A stretch of 64,000 nt of DNA from positions 1-64,000 of the forward strand of contig NIVC01003294.1 of NCBI GenBank assembly GCA_002269645.1, written 5' to 3'. Below, one piece after another: positions 1-11,800 of the stretch (the first letter of the stretch is position 1; every line of letters begins with the position of its first letter). A program made the position numbers and the translations under genes. Source of the DNA: Macrostomum lignano (Eukaryota). The notes below the pieces were generated by a model that saw only the letters and a list, made by a program, of their open reading frames with translations, was not told where the DNA came from and searched no databases.

Positions 1-2290
1 ACTAAAAATCCCCACTGGGTAGTTAACCGTTTCATACTAGACAGCAGGCCTCAGGCAGAGTGGCAATGTCGTTGTTTTCGATGTTGAATTCGTCCAATTT
101 TTGGCAGTTGGCCAAAGTCTTCGGTAAATGGGTCAGACTGCGCAGTTCACCAATGCTCTCAGGCAGAGCTGTCAGGCTGTTGTGCTGCAGGTTCACGTCT
201 GACAGTAGGATGCACTTGCCTGTAGGTATTGGGGATTCAGGGCGATTAAGGGGCGATTCTTGGAGGCGACTTAGGGGCGATTCTTGGAGGCGATTTAGGG
301 GCGATTCTTGGAGGCGATTTAGGGTGATTCTTGGAGGCGATTTAGGGGCGATTCTTGGAGGCGATTTAGGGGCGATTCTTGGAGGCGATTTAGGGGGCGA
401 TTCTTGGAGGCGATTTAGGGGCGATTCTTGGAGGCGATTTAGGGGCGATTCTTGGAGGCGATTTAGGGGGCGATTTAGGGGCGATTCTTGAAGGCGATTT
501 TTGGAGGCGATTTAGGGCCGATCCTTGAAGGTTATTTAGGGGCGATTCTTGAAGGCGATTCTTGGTGGCGATATAGAGGCGATTCTTGGTGGCGATATAG
601 AGGCGATTCTTGGTGGCGATATAGAGGCGATTCTTGGTGGCGATATAGAGGCGATTCTTGGTGACAATTTAGGGGCGATTATTGGTGGCGATTTAGAGGA
701 GTTCTTGAAGTCGATTTAGAAGCGATTTTTGAAGGCAATTTAGGGGCGATTTTAAAGTCGATTTTTGGAGGCGATTATTTAAGACGATTTAGGGGCGATT
801 TTTGAAGACAACTTAGGAGGCGATTCTTGAAGGTGATTCTTAAAGATAATTTAGGGGCGATTCTTGAAGACAATTTAGGAGGCGATTCTTGAAGGCGATT
901 CTTGGTGGCGATATAGAGGCGATTCTTGGTGGCGATATAGAGGCGATTCTTGGTGACGATTAAGAGGCGATTCTTGGTGACAATTTAGGGGCGATTATTG
1001 GTGGCGATTTAGAGGAGTTCTTGAAGTCGATTTAGAAGCGATTTTTGAAGGCAATTTAGGGGCGATTTTAAAGTCGATTTTTGGAGGCGATTATTTAAGA
1101 CGATTTAGGGGCGATTTTTGAAGACAACTTAGGAGGCGATTCTTGAAGGTGATTCTTAAAGATAATTTAGGGGCGATTCTTGAAGACAATTTAGGAGGCG
1201 ATTCTTGAAGGTGATTCTTAAAGACAATTTAGGGGCGATTCTTGAAGACAATTTAGGAGGCGATTCTTGAAGGTGATTCTTAAAGACAATTTAGGGGCGA
1301 TTCTTGAAGACAATTTAGGAGGCGATTCTTGAAGGTGATTCTTAAAGACAATTTAGGGGCGATTCTTGAAGACAATTTAGGAGGCGATTCTTGAAGGTGA
1401 TTCTTAAAGACAATTTAGGAAGTGATTCTTAGAATCGATTCTTCGATTGAAATTTGAAAACAAAAAATATCGAAGCTCACCAATTTCGTCCGGAATTTCC
1501 GAGATTTTATTATGCGACAAATCCAGCTTCTTTAACTGTCGCAGAGTGCCAATAGAGCTGGGGATCGGCATCCGAATTGTGTTGCGATTCACTACCAGCA
1601 CTGTTAGACTGATCAGGCTGCCAATATCTGGATCGATTTCGGCAATCTTATTGTAGGTCAGCAGAAGCTGGGTGAGGCCGTAGAGCTTGTAGATCACCGC
1701 AGGTATTCGATTCTCAAGTCTGTTGTGCCGCAGATCCAGCACCCTCAGCTTAGTCAGGTACTGCATAGTGAGCGGCAGCGATGTCAGGCAGTTCTGCTGC
1801 AGCATAAGCTTCTCCAGGCTCACCATAGCTCCAATTTCGTCTGGCAGCTGCGTGAGCTTGTTGTCGTACAGGTACATCTCAGTGACGCAGTTCAGGTCGC
1901 GTACAGCCGGGGCAGGGCCGTTAACCTGTTGCCTGACAGGTCCAGGATTGTCTCACTGTTGGCCTTGCACCTGCGGGACGGCGGCGTGGGGTAGATGGAT
2001 GATGGATAGATAGATAGATAGATAGTAGATAGCGAGAAAGAGCGAGCGAAGCGAGCTCTTTCGAGCTTGCTTGCCGCAGCCAATCAAGCTGAAAGCACGC
2101 ACACAAGATCACCGGAAACGATTAAGGCAGCTGGAAAGCTAATGGGCGCGGTAAGCGCTTTTATCCAGAGGAACTACCTACTGGAACCAGCCATGCCGAA
2201 CGAAAATCAGACTACTCAAGTAGTGTAAAAGAGTGCGAGCAACTACCGAGAAATCTAATTTTCGTAACCGCTCCGGTGCAGGTCCTGGCA

Positions 2291-2336
<46 letters not shown>

Positions 2337-2395
2337 CGATAGATAGATAGATAGATAGATATAGATAGATAAATAGATAGAGAGATAGACAAACG

Positions 2396-2459
<64 letters not shown>

Positions 2460-3022
2460 CAGACTAGACACAGACAGGCGCCCAGCCCAGTCCTCACTTA
2501 GCAATATCCTTGGTTACGTCCGGCCCCTTCTCGGGCACGGTGGGTTTCCTGGGCGCCTCCAGCTTCTTGCTAGATGGCGTCTGCACCATGACCCGCTTCT
2601 GCTTCTGCCTGATGTCCATCGATGCCAAACTGCCAGCCAGACTCTCGGGCGAGCCGCTGCCAAACTGCACAGTACTCGGACTGGACGAGAACAGTTGAGA
2701 GTCGGTATCAGTGGAGGTGCCGCCGCCGCTAGGCGATATTGAATAATAAGCATCCTGCTCGTCCTCGTGAGAGTAAAACTGAGGCGGCTGGTCGAGTATC
2801 TCCTGCGGTATGTGGCCCAGGCCGGGTATGTAATAGTCCCGCTTGTAGTGCACTAAGCGTTCGGCTTTGCGCGGATCCGACGGCTTAGGCGGGGATTGGC
2901 CAGACACGTTAGACATGCTGGACACAACGCTGCTCTGGCCGACAGATCTGGTGTCAACCGGCTTGGACATTGCTGAGCTACTAAGACGCAAACCCTTGTG
3001 TTCGGCTGGTTTGATATAGAAA
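1..3022 (-). CDS. SHOC2: SHOC2/Sur-8 leucine-rich repeat scaffold (partial; runs off window start)
   Basis: Exons (minus): 3022-2498, 1970-1481, 219-<1, with GT-AG junctions in matching phase (GCT AA|gtgagg...cag|G TGC; ATT G|gtgagc...cag|GC AAG). Spliced peptide DVTKDIAKCKANSETILDLSGNRL...LRVLDLRHNRL...NLQHNSL...EFNIENNDIATLP matches SHOC2 LRRs from recall. Single-base frameshifts at ~1909-1912 and ~49. The start is ATG 2970 or an upstream exon. Confidence 0.85.
245..1430. repeat. Intronic minisatellite, 24-bp unit TTAGGGGCGATTCTTGGAGGCGAT grading into longer derivatives
   Basis: Tandem copies visible; lies in the SHOC2 intron 220-1480. Confidence 0.95.
2292..2460. repeat. Compound microsatellite (GATA)n(GACA)n
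   Basis: Seen directly; a further short (GATA)n lies at ~2006-2030. Confidence 0.95.
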
Positions 3023-3059
3023 CTGAAATATGAAGGTGTGTGGATAAGGGGACGATTGT

Positions 3060-4165
3060 TATAAACGGGACTAGGGACGCATCCTAAACGGGACTAGGGA
3101 AGCGTTCTTGGAAACGGGACTAGGGAAGCATTCTTGGAAACGGGACTGGGAAGCATTCTAGGAAACGGGACTAGGGAAGCGTTCTTGGAAACGGGACTAG
3201 GGAAGGATTCTTGGAAACGAGATTAGGGAAGCATTCTTGGAAACGGGACTAGGGAAGCATTCTTGGAAACGGGACTAGGGAAGCATTCTTGGAAACGGGA
3301 CTAGGGAAGCATTCTTGGAAACGGGACTAGGGAAGCATTCTTGGAAACGGGACTAGGGAAGCATTCTTGGAAACGGGACTAGGGAAGGATTCTTGGAAAC
3401 GGGACTAGGGAAGCATTCTAGGAAACGGGACTAGGGAAGGATTTTTGGAAACGGGATTAGGGAAGGATTCTTGAAAACGGGACTAGGGAAAGATTCTTGA
3501 AACGGGACTAAGGAAGGATTCTTGGAAAGGGGACTATCGAAGCATTTTTGGAAACGGGACTAGGGAAGCATTCTAGGAAACTGGAATAGGGAAGCATTTT
3601 TGGAAACGGGACTAGGGAAGGATTCTAGGAAAGGGGACTAGGGAAGGATTCTTGGAAACGGGACTAGGGAAGGATTTTTGGAAACGGGACTAGGGAAGGA
3701 TTCTTGGAAACGGGACTAGGGAAGCATTCTTGGAAACGGGACTAGGGAAGGATTCTTGGAAACGGGATTAGGGAAGGATTCTAGGAAACGGGACTAGGGA
3801 AGCATTCTAGGAAACGGGACTAGGGAAGCGTTCCAGGAAACGGGACTAGGGAAGCATTCTTGGAAATGGGACTAGGGAAGCATTCTTGGAAACGGGACTA
3901 GGGAAGCATTCTTGGAAACGGGTCAAAGGAAGGATTCTTGGAAACGGGACTAGGGAAGGATTTTTGGAAACGGGACTAGGAAAGGATTTTTCGAAACGGG
4001 ACTAGGGAAGCATTCTTGGAAACGGGACTAGGGAAGCATTCTTGGAAACGGGTCAAAGGAAGGATTCTTGGAAACGGGACTAGGGAAGGATTTTTGGAAA
4101 CGGGACTAGGAAAGGATTTTTCGAAACGGGACTAGGGAAGCATTCTTGGAAACGGGACTAGGGAC
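3060..4165. repeat. Minisatellite, 26-bp unit GGAAACGGGACTAGGGAAGCATTCTT
   Basis: Roughly 40 tandem copies visible. Confidence 0.95.
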
Positions 4166-4619
4166 GAATCGCAAAGGAACTAAGGAATGACTCGAGGGGT
4201 GCTAGGATGGATTCGAATGAGGTATTGATGTGGATTCATAGGGTATTGGGGTAGATTCATATGGCATTGGTTGAATTTAATGGTTTATTTAATTAAATGT
4301 GAAACGCAAAGTTCAAGACCAGTGGCAGTGTGAGAAAGCAGTCAATATAGTTTGTTTGTATTTCTGTTAAGCTACAAAATTACTTTATACTAATTTATAC
4401 TAATTATTGCCGTGGTAAAAACAGTTGCTGGAATATTAACTATCAGCCTCAGCAGAGCGCCTTACCGAGTAAAAAGTGTATAAAATTGTACTTTTATTGA
4501 GGTTGTCAATCGTTGATGATCACTATTGATTGGAATTGTGTATATATATCCAATCTACGCTGATATCTGTACAATTGAGATATTCATTGTTAGATGTAGA
4601 TCCAGGCAAACAGTATAAA

Positions 4620-5098
4620 CAGATCTAGCTGTAGATCCAGATCTAGCTAATCCGTAGTCATAGATCTAGCTGCAGATCCAGATCTAGCTAATCCGTGGTC
4701 ATAGATCTAGCTGCAGATTCAGATCTAGCTGCAGATTCAGATCTAGCTGCAGATTCAGATCTAGCTGTAGATCCAGATCTAGCTAATCCGTAGCCATAGA
4801 TCTAGCTGCAGATTCAGATCTAGCTGTAGATCCAGATCTAGCTAATCCGTAGCCATAGATCTAGCTGCAGATTCAGATCTAGCTGTAGATCCAGATCTAG
4901 CTAATCCGTGGTCATAGATCTAGCTGCAGATCTAGATCTAGCTAATCCGTAGTCATAGATCTAGCTGCAGATTCAGATCTAGCTGTAGATCTAGATCTAG
5001 CTAATCCGTAGTCATAGATCTAGCTGCAGATTCAGATCTAGCTGTAGATCTAGATCTAGCTAATCCGTAGTCATAGATCTAGCTGCAGATCTAGATCG
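4620..5098. repeat. AGATCT/TAGCTA-rich quasi-palindromic tandem array
   Basis: Mixed units such as GATCTAGCTGCAGATTCA and GATCTAGCTAATCCGTAGTCATA. Confidence 0.9.
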
Positions 5099-5857
5099 AA
5101 GTTAAACAGCATCTCTAATTTAAGTCACAAAGCCGTCCAATCAAAGCCAGATAAGCTTTATTACAATGTATTTTTTCACTAACAGCAATGCGATGTGTTT
5201 CATGGAAAAAGTAAACAATGTTTAAACTTACCGTTGTCAGGAAACAATAAATAATATATATATATATATAAGTTTGTTGATATGGTAAAATCATAACACT
5301 AGCAGAGAGCTGCGCATAGACAGAAGGAATTCTATCTAAGCACTCTAAACAGGATAGGGAAAACATAGGCAGAACGACAGAAATGATCAGTTCGTTTCAA
5401 CTAACTAAAATTTACAGTTTAAAAGACTTAAACTCGTGCATAAAAATGCAGTGCAATAGAAAAGGAGGGGTCATTGTGCGCTGTTTAACAATAACAAATC
5501 TGCATTTTCTTAAGGAATATTTCATAAAAAATATCAAAAAAACAGAACTACAACATTAGTAGTAAAGCGCAATTTCTGTTGACTAAACTTGTTTATAACG
5601 ACAACAAAAATATCAATAAAAACACGACTAGAATGTACAGACGAAAAAGTCTATATGAAACGAATAAACTTATCACAACGGAACATTAATAGAAAGGTAA
5701 TTATTATGCATTAATTATTATAATTTAAAGCAATAAAAAACACTTACAAAGCTTTTATAGTAGAGACTACTACTTGTACAATAGTAGTACTTAGTGTAAA
5801 CGTTAACAACTTTTTAACAGAGGAAAATTGAACCCAAGAGAACAGAATTAGACCAGA

Positions 5858-8800
5858 TCAGCCTTGATTAGCATAGTGCGCGTACAGAACCCCTGGATTC
5901 TGCTGCTGCTGATGATACAGTTGCTGCTGTTGTTGCTGCTGTTGAAGCTGCTGGCTAGGCAGAGTTCGGTACATACTGCCGCTAGTGCCGCTACCATTCA
6001 CACCGTGACCATTATTAGTTCTGCCCAGTGTTGCAAACTGCTGTTGCTGCTGTTGCTGCTGCTGCAAAAGAAGCAACTGCTGCTGCTGCTGCTGCGGATT
6101 TAGTGGAGTCCGCTCCATCAGCAGCTCGTCCTGTTCGCCGTATCCGTCAATATCTGGCGGCGGCAGTGGCGGCTTCTCGTTCGGCAAAATCAGCGGCTTA
6201 CTGGGAGCAGAGGGGCGCTCTTCCAGCTCCTCGGCGAATATGATTGGCACGTGTTTGCTGGTTAAACTGAAGTCGCCGCCGTGACGAGACAGGCTGGCAT
6301 TGTGATACTGTTGTTGCTGCTGCTGCTGCTGTTGATAAGACACGTGTCTGCTTCTCTGCTGCTGCTGCTGCTGACCGCCTCTGCTATTTGCTGGTTTCCT
6401 TTTATACAGACAGCAGGCCACTAGCAGAGCCACTAGCAGAGCCAGCAGCACCAGACCGCAGGCCGGAGCAACTGTAATTAACAATACATTTGAATCTCCA
6501 ATTGAAGCTGTTTCAACATCGTTGCTGCCGCCAGCTGCATTTTTGTTAACAATGGCATTATCGCTGCCTCCTCCGCCAGGATAAGCTGGATAATCCGGCA
6601 CAATGGTATTAATAGGATGATGACTTTGCATATAATTATCGTATAGTCGGAATAGATCTCCGTAATTATAGCTGCTGCAATTGCCTTCCAATAGGAATTC
6701 CAGGGTGTGCATTCCAATGGCATTGGAGATTAGCATTCCGGCCAGCTTCTCTGACGCTACGCGGCGGAGTATGACTAATTGATCTACCGGACAGAATATG
6801 CGGTACCTGATGGATGAGTGCAAATTAATAAGTTTACTTATATCGTATAATTATCATATAGTTAGCGTTAAGAATAACGTTCTTTTGAGTTGCAAGACAA
6901 AAAACATCTGGAGATAAGAGGGGATTAAAAACACCTGGAGATAAGAAGGGGATTAAACACCTGGAGATGAGGTTAAAACACCTGGAGGTGAGGGGATTAA
7001 AGACACCTGGAGATAAGATGGGATTAAAAACACCTGGAAATAAGAGCGGATTAAAAACTCCTGGAGATAAGAGGAGTTTACGAATACCTGGAGATAAGAG
7101 GGGATTAAAAACACCTGGAGATAAGAGGGGATTAAAAACTCCTGGAGATAAGAGGAGTTTACGAATACCTGGAGATAAGAGGGGATTAAAAACACCTGGA
7201 GATAAGAGGGGATTAAAAACTCCTGGAGATAAGAGAAGATTAAGAATACCTGGAGATAAGAGGGGATTAAAAACACCTGGAGATGAGGGGATTAAAAACA
7301 CCTGGAGATAAGAGGGGATTAAAAACTCCTGGAGATAAGAGGAGTTTACGAATACCTGGAGATAAGAGGGGATTAAAAACACCTGGAGATAAGAGGGGAT
7401 TAAAAACTGGAGATAAGAGGAGATTAAGAATACCTGGAGATAAGAGGGGATTAAAAACACCTGGAGATGAGGGGATTAAAAACACCTGGAGATAAGAGGG
7501 GATTAAAAACACCTGGAGATGAGGGGATTAAAAACACCTGGAGATAAGAGGGGATTAAAAACACCTGGAGATGAGGGGATTAAAAACACCAGGAGATAAG
7601 AGAAAAAAAACTAGAAATTGCATCTTTTAGCTTACAAATATCAGATAATTAAAACACCTGAGGATATAAAGGTGAAACATAGGTTAAATCTACGTTTGTA
7701 AAGAATCTACCCAAACAATGCGAACAATGCAGTGGAAACAACGCACTTTCCAAATCCATCAATAACGGCGCCGTCGCTGTCGTAACCAACCACGGTCCAA
7801 TCAACCGTGAAATTCACAACACTACCAGGCACTTTTAATTGGTGCTGCAGATCGTCAGGCGGCAAGCGCATGTAGACTTTATTTCCGGATAGCGCGGCCG
7901 ATACTAAGTCGTTTAGTTGTCGAAAAAATCGATATTGACGATTCAAATCTGCAACCCGATAGCGGTCAACAGCGATACGTATTCGAACTCGATGGAAACG
8001 GAATGGGCCCCACTGAGGCTGCTCGACAACTACGGAGAGGTTGAATCGAACTGGCGGAGCGTTTGGCGACACGGTGCTGCGGACCAGCACTACAAACTGC
8101 TTGGGACCGACATCGGCGTCGAATGGAATGCCCTGAAAGTGCACAGAATTTATTTACTTAAAAGTACATCTTGGGCTTAAAGTACAAAGTATATAAAAGA
8201 AGTACGATGCTTGTAACACAGGTAAAAATAGGATAAGAAGTGACTGTAGACGACTTCTAAATCTAAAACCTCGAGATGTGACGATAAAAGTCGTCAAGAG
8301 TCGCTAAAGAGACGTTCTAGAGTCGCTGTAGAATCACAGAGTTGCGTCTGAAGCACATCTGCGTCATTTGATAAATTAGAATCGCATTTTGCATTTAAAA
8401 CAACTCTATTTAGTCTACTTGAGTTAGTACAAAGTTAAGCGCTAACACAACGTCTCTCGTACGACTTTTTCGTGACTTTTTTTTCGCCTCAGAGTCGCCA
8501 GCGATTCTTGCCACGGTAGTTATGCTTTCAAATTGCGAAAAATTTTACATTGGGACAAAAAAGCACAGGAAAAATTAACAGAAAGAGTAATCTAGAGGAC
8601 TACACATGTAAATAATATAATAGTAATAAAAAGATAATAATTGATTACACCTGCATTAATAGGCAGATATGCAACCGACAGCTCAGCCGCAGCTATTGCG
8701 CGGCGCATCTGAAGGCTGCGTTATACGGCTGTTCAGTCCAAGGACTGGGGGGGGGGGTCGCCACACACAGCCTCAATTACCCCAGCTAATGCTGGCAACC

Positions 8801-11800
8801 ATTTTACAGCTGGGTGAACTGAAGCAATGCAGAGTTAAGTGTCTCTTGCTTAAGGACACAAATTGTTCCGAGTGAGTTCAAGTCGTGAGTCCGACGCTCC
8901 AACCACTAGGCTACAACCCTGATCATTAAATATGTAAATACAATGATCCAAAAGTACATTCTAAAGAAGCCTAGAATCCAAGTAGGTAAAAGTACAAACC
9001 TCAAAGCCGCGAATAGTGGCATTCCAAGCGATAAATTTATTAGCATTGCTACACACTTCTCCGTCATCGCTAGCGTGGGTGCACAATTGCAACGGCAGCA
9101 CTCGCAGATTGTTGCCATAGGAATCGTTAACGCAGCCTAATCGTTTAATTGGCCGACTAAAGCCGCTACCAGCGCTAGTTGAAAATGGCAACAAACAATA
9201 CACTCCGTGCTCTTTAGTAGTGACGTAGTTCACCCGCAGTCCAGATCGGCTGCTACTAGGAGCAAAGGTTGGCGGCCAAATCGGCTGAGGCGGCAGCATA
9301 GGGTCAGGCGTGGTGACCCTGTTCTGTCCTGTATCGGGACACGCCGCGGGCGATGCCAGATAGTAGCGCATCGGGAATTCGTACTTGCTAGACGTACAAG
9401 TGCCCAACGGCATGTCAATCAGCTGTATCGGTGTCAGATGGGGCGCCAGAGCGGCTGCAAAGTCTGGCCAAGGCTGGCCGTCGGCTTTGCTGTCTTTGCA
9501 ATAGCGAAACATTTTCTTGGCCTCTTCAATGATTGACAATCGAGGACAATAGTTGATGCCGTAGTTGATAATGCAGCCAAATACTAGTACCATACTGCGC
9601 GATCGGCTATCGGTGCGGTTCAGCCATTTCAAATGAATGCCGGTTTCTGGCAGCAGTCTACTACTACTGATAATAATACCGACAACATTTTTTGTTTTAG
9701 TGGACAAAAATTTGCCAATTTTTTCAATAATACTGTAGAGAGGCGCTGTTTCGGTTTCCAGTTTGCGAAGATAATCTAGTTGAGATTCGACGTGCAGTCT
9801 GTACTCATGGTTGACCTGCGATTTGTTAGAGTGCTGGATTATGTAGTTTGTCATTAATGCATTTGGTCGCTTTAATGCGATTCTATAACACGGATTTTTA
9901 TTAGTACCTAAATTTGATCTGGGATGTCGAACTGGGATTTGAGGGGCGCCTAAATGAGATTTAAAGGGGCGCCTAAATGGGATTTGAGGAGGCGCAAAAA
10001 AGGAATTTGAGGAGGCGCCAAAAAGGAATTTGAGGAGGCGCCAAAAAGGAATTTGAGGAGGCGCCAAAAAGGAATTTGAGGAGGCGCCAAAAAGGAATTT
10101 GAGGAGGCGCAAAAAAGGAATTTGAGGAGGCGCCTAAATGAGATTTAAAGGGGCGCCTAAATGGGATTTAAAGGGGCGCTTAAATGGGATTTGAAAGGCA
10201 ATAAATGGGACTTAAAGAGAGACGTCAATACCAACTACGATAATAATAATTTAAAACGGGCTATAAAACACCAAAATTGCTACCAGTAGCCGCAGTTGAC
10301 TAACCTTATTCTGGTGAGCATAATCTTCTGTCCTAGATTCGGTCACCTTATAGCCAACGGTTAGTACGGCAGTTTTATTATACTTGCTAGTAGCCAACAG
10401 ATAGACGGGGTAGGCAGAGCTGTCAGCTGCTGTTTTCGCCAGGCCAGACCGTACACTCGACTAGTTGTCGCGTTGAATTGCAACGGCGACTGCGGCGAAA
10501 AACCAACGCAACGATTTCTAATCGGACTGACGCAGATTCTGATATCGTGGGCCAACGCGTGAGCGAAATAATCTGCCGGATCGATTAGCCGATTGTAGCG
10601 AAGGCCTAGAATGAGGCGGAACAGCTTCTTGTCGGCCTCGATGGAGAGTAGCCGCTGGGGCGGTTTAGGCTCCGGCACCCGGATGGTAAAACCAATGTAG
10701 GCCTGCTTGCCTCCGCTGTCCCTCACGTGCAGGCTGCACTTGTGCTGGGAACCGATGTCTTTGGCGGCTGGGTTGGGTGCGGGAGGTGTGACAGACTGTT
10801 GTTTTGCTCATATGGCAGTTAGATTGCAATGGTATACAGCCAGTGCTTGTATACACTGCTAGATCTATAGTAGCTAGATTTACAGTAGCTAGATCTGCAG
10901 TAGCTAGATCTATAGTAGGTAGATCTACAGTAGGTAGATCTACAGTAGCTAGATTTATAGTAGCTAGATCTGCAGTAGCTAGATCTATAGTAGCTAGATC
11001 CACAATAGCTAGATCTATAGCAGCTAGATCTATAGTAGCTAGATCTGCAGTAGCTAGATCTACAGTAGCTAGATCTGCAGTAGCTAGATCTATAGTAGCT
11101 AGACCCGCAGTAGCTAGATCTGCAGTAGCTAGATCTATAGTAGCTAGACCCGCAGTACTTAGATCTGCAGTAGCTAGATCTACAGTAGCTAGATCTGCAG
11201 TAGCTAGATCTATAGTAGTTAGACCCGCAGTAGCTAGATCTACAGTAGCTAGACCCGCAGTAGCTAGATCTATAGTAGCTAGATCTGCAGTAGCTAGATC
11301 TACAGTAGCTAGATCTGCAGTAGCTAGATCTATAGTAGCTAGACCCGCAGTAGCTAGATCTACAGTAGCTAGACCCGCAGTAGCTAGATCTATAGTAGCT
11401 AGACCCGCAGTAGCTAGATCTACAGTAGCTAGACCCGCAGTAGCTAGATCTATAGTAGCTAGACCCGCAGTAGCTAGATCTACAGTAGCTAGACCCGCAG
11501 TAGCTAGATCTACAGTAGCTAGACCCGCAGTAGCTAGATCTATAGTAGCTAGATCTATAGAAGCTAGTCTGCAGTAGCGTGATCCGTATTACCTAGATCA
11601 ACAACAATAAAGCCCCAACTCACTCGGATGGCCCTCAAGAACCATCTCCTCTGGAATATACCGACCAAACACGCCCAACGCATTGGCGTGACCGCAACCG
11701 GTAACCGAAGTTGTCAACTCCGCCAACAAAGAGTCCTGCCTAGCGTTCGGCATGAGAACAATTCTAGTCAGGACACCAACTGGGAAACTATACGGCTGCG

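Noticed and set aside
1892-1915. Programmed ribosomal frameshifting in SHOC2, DAG1 or C11orf54
   Set aside because: No slippery heptamer or downstream structure seen; single-base loss in short runs is more simply a consensus error.
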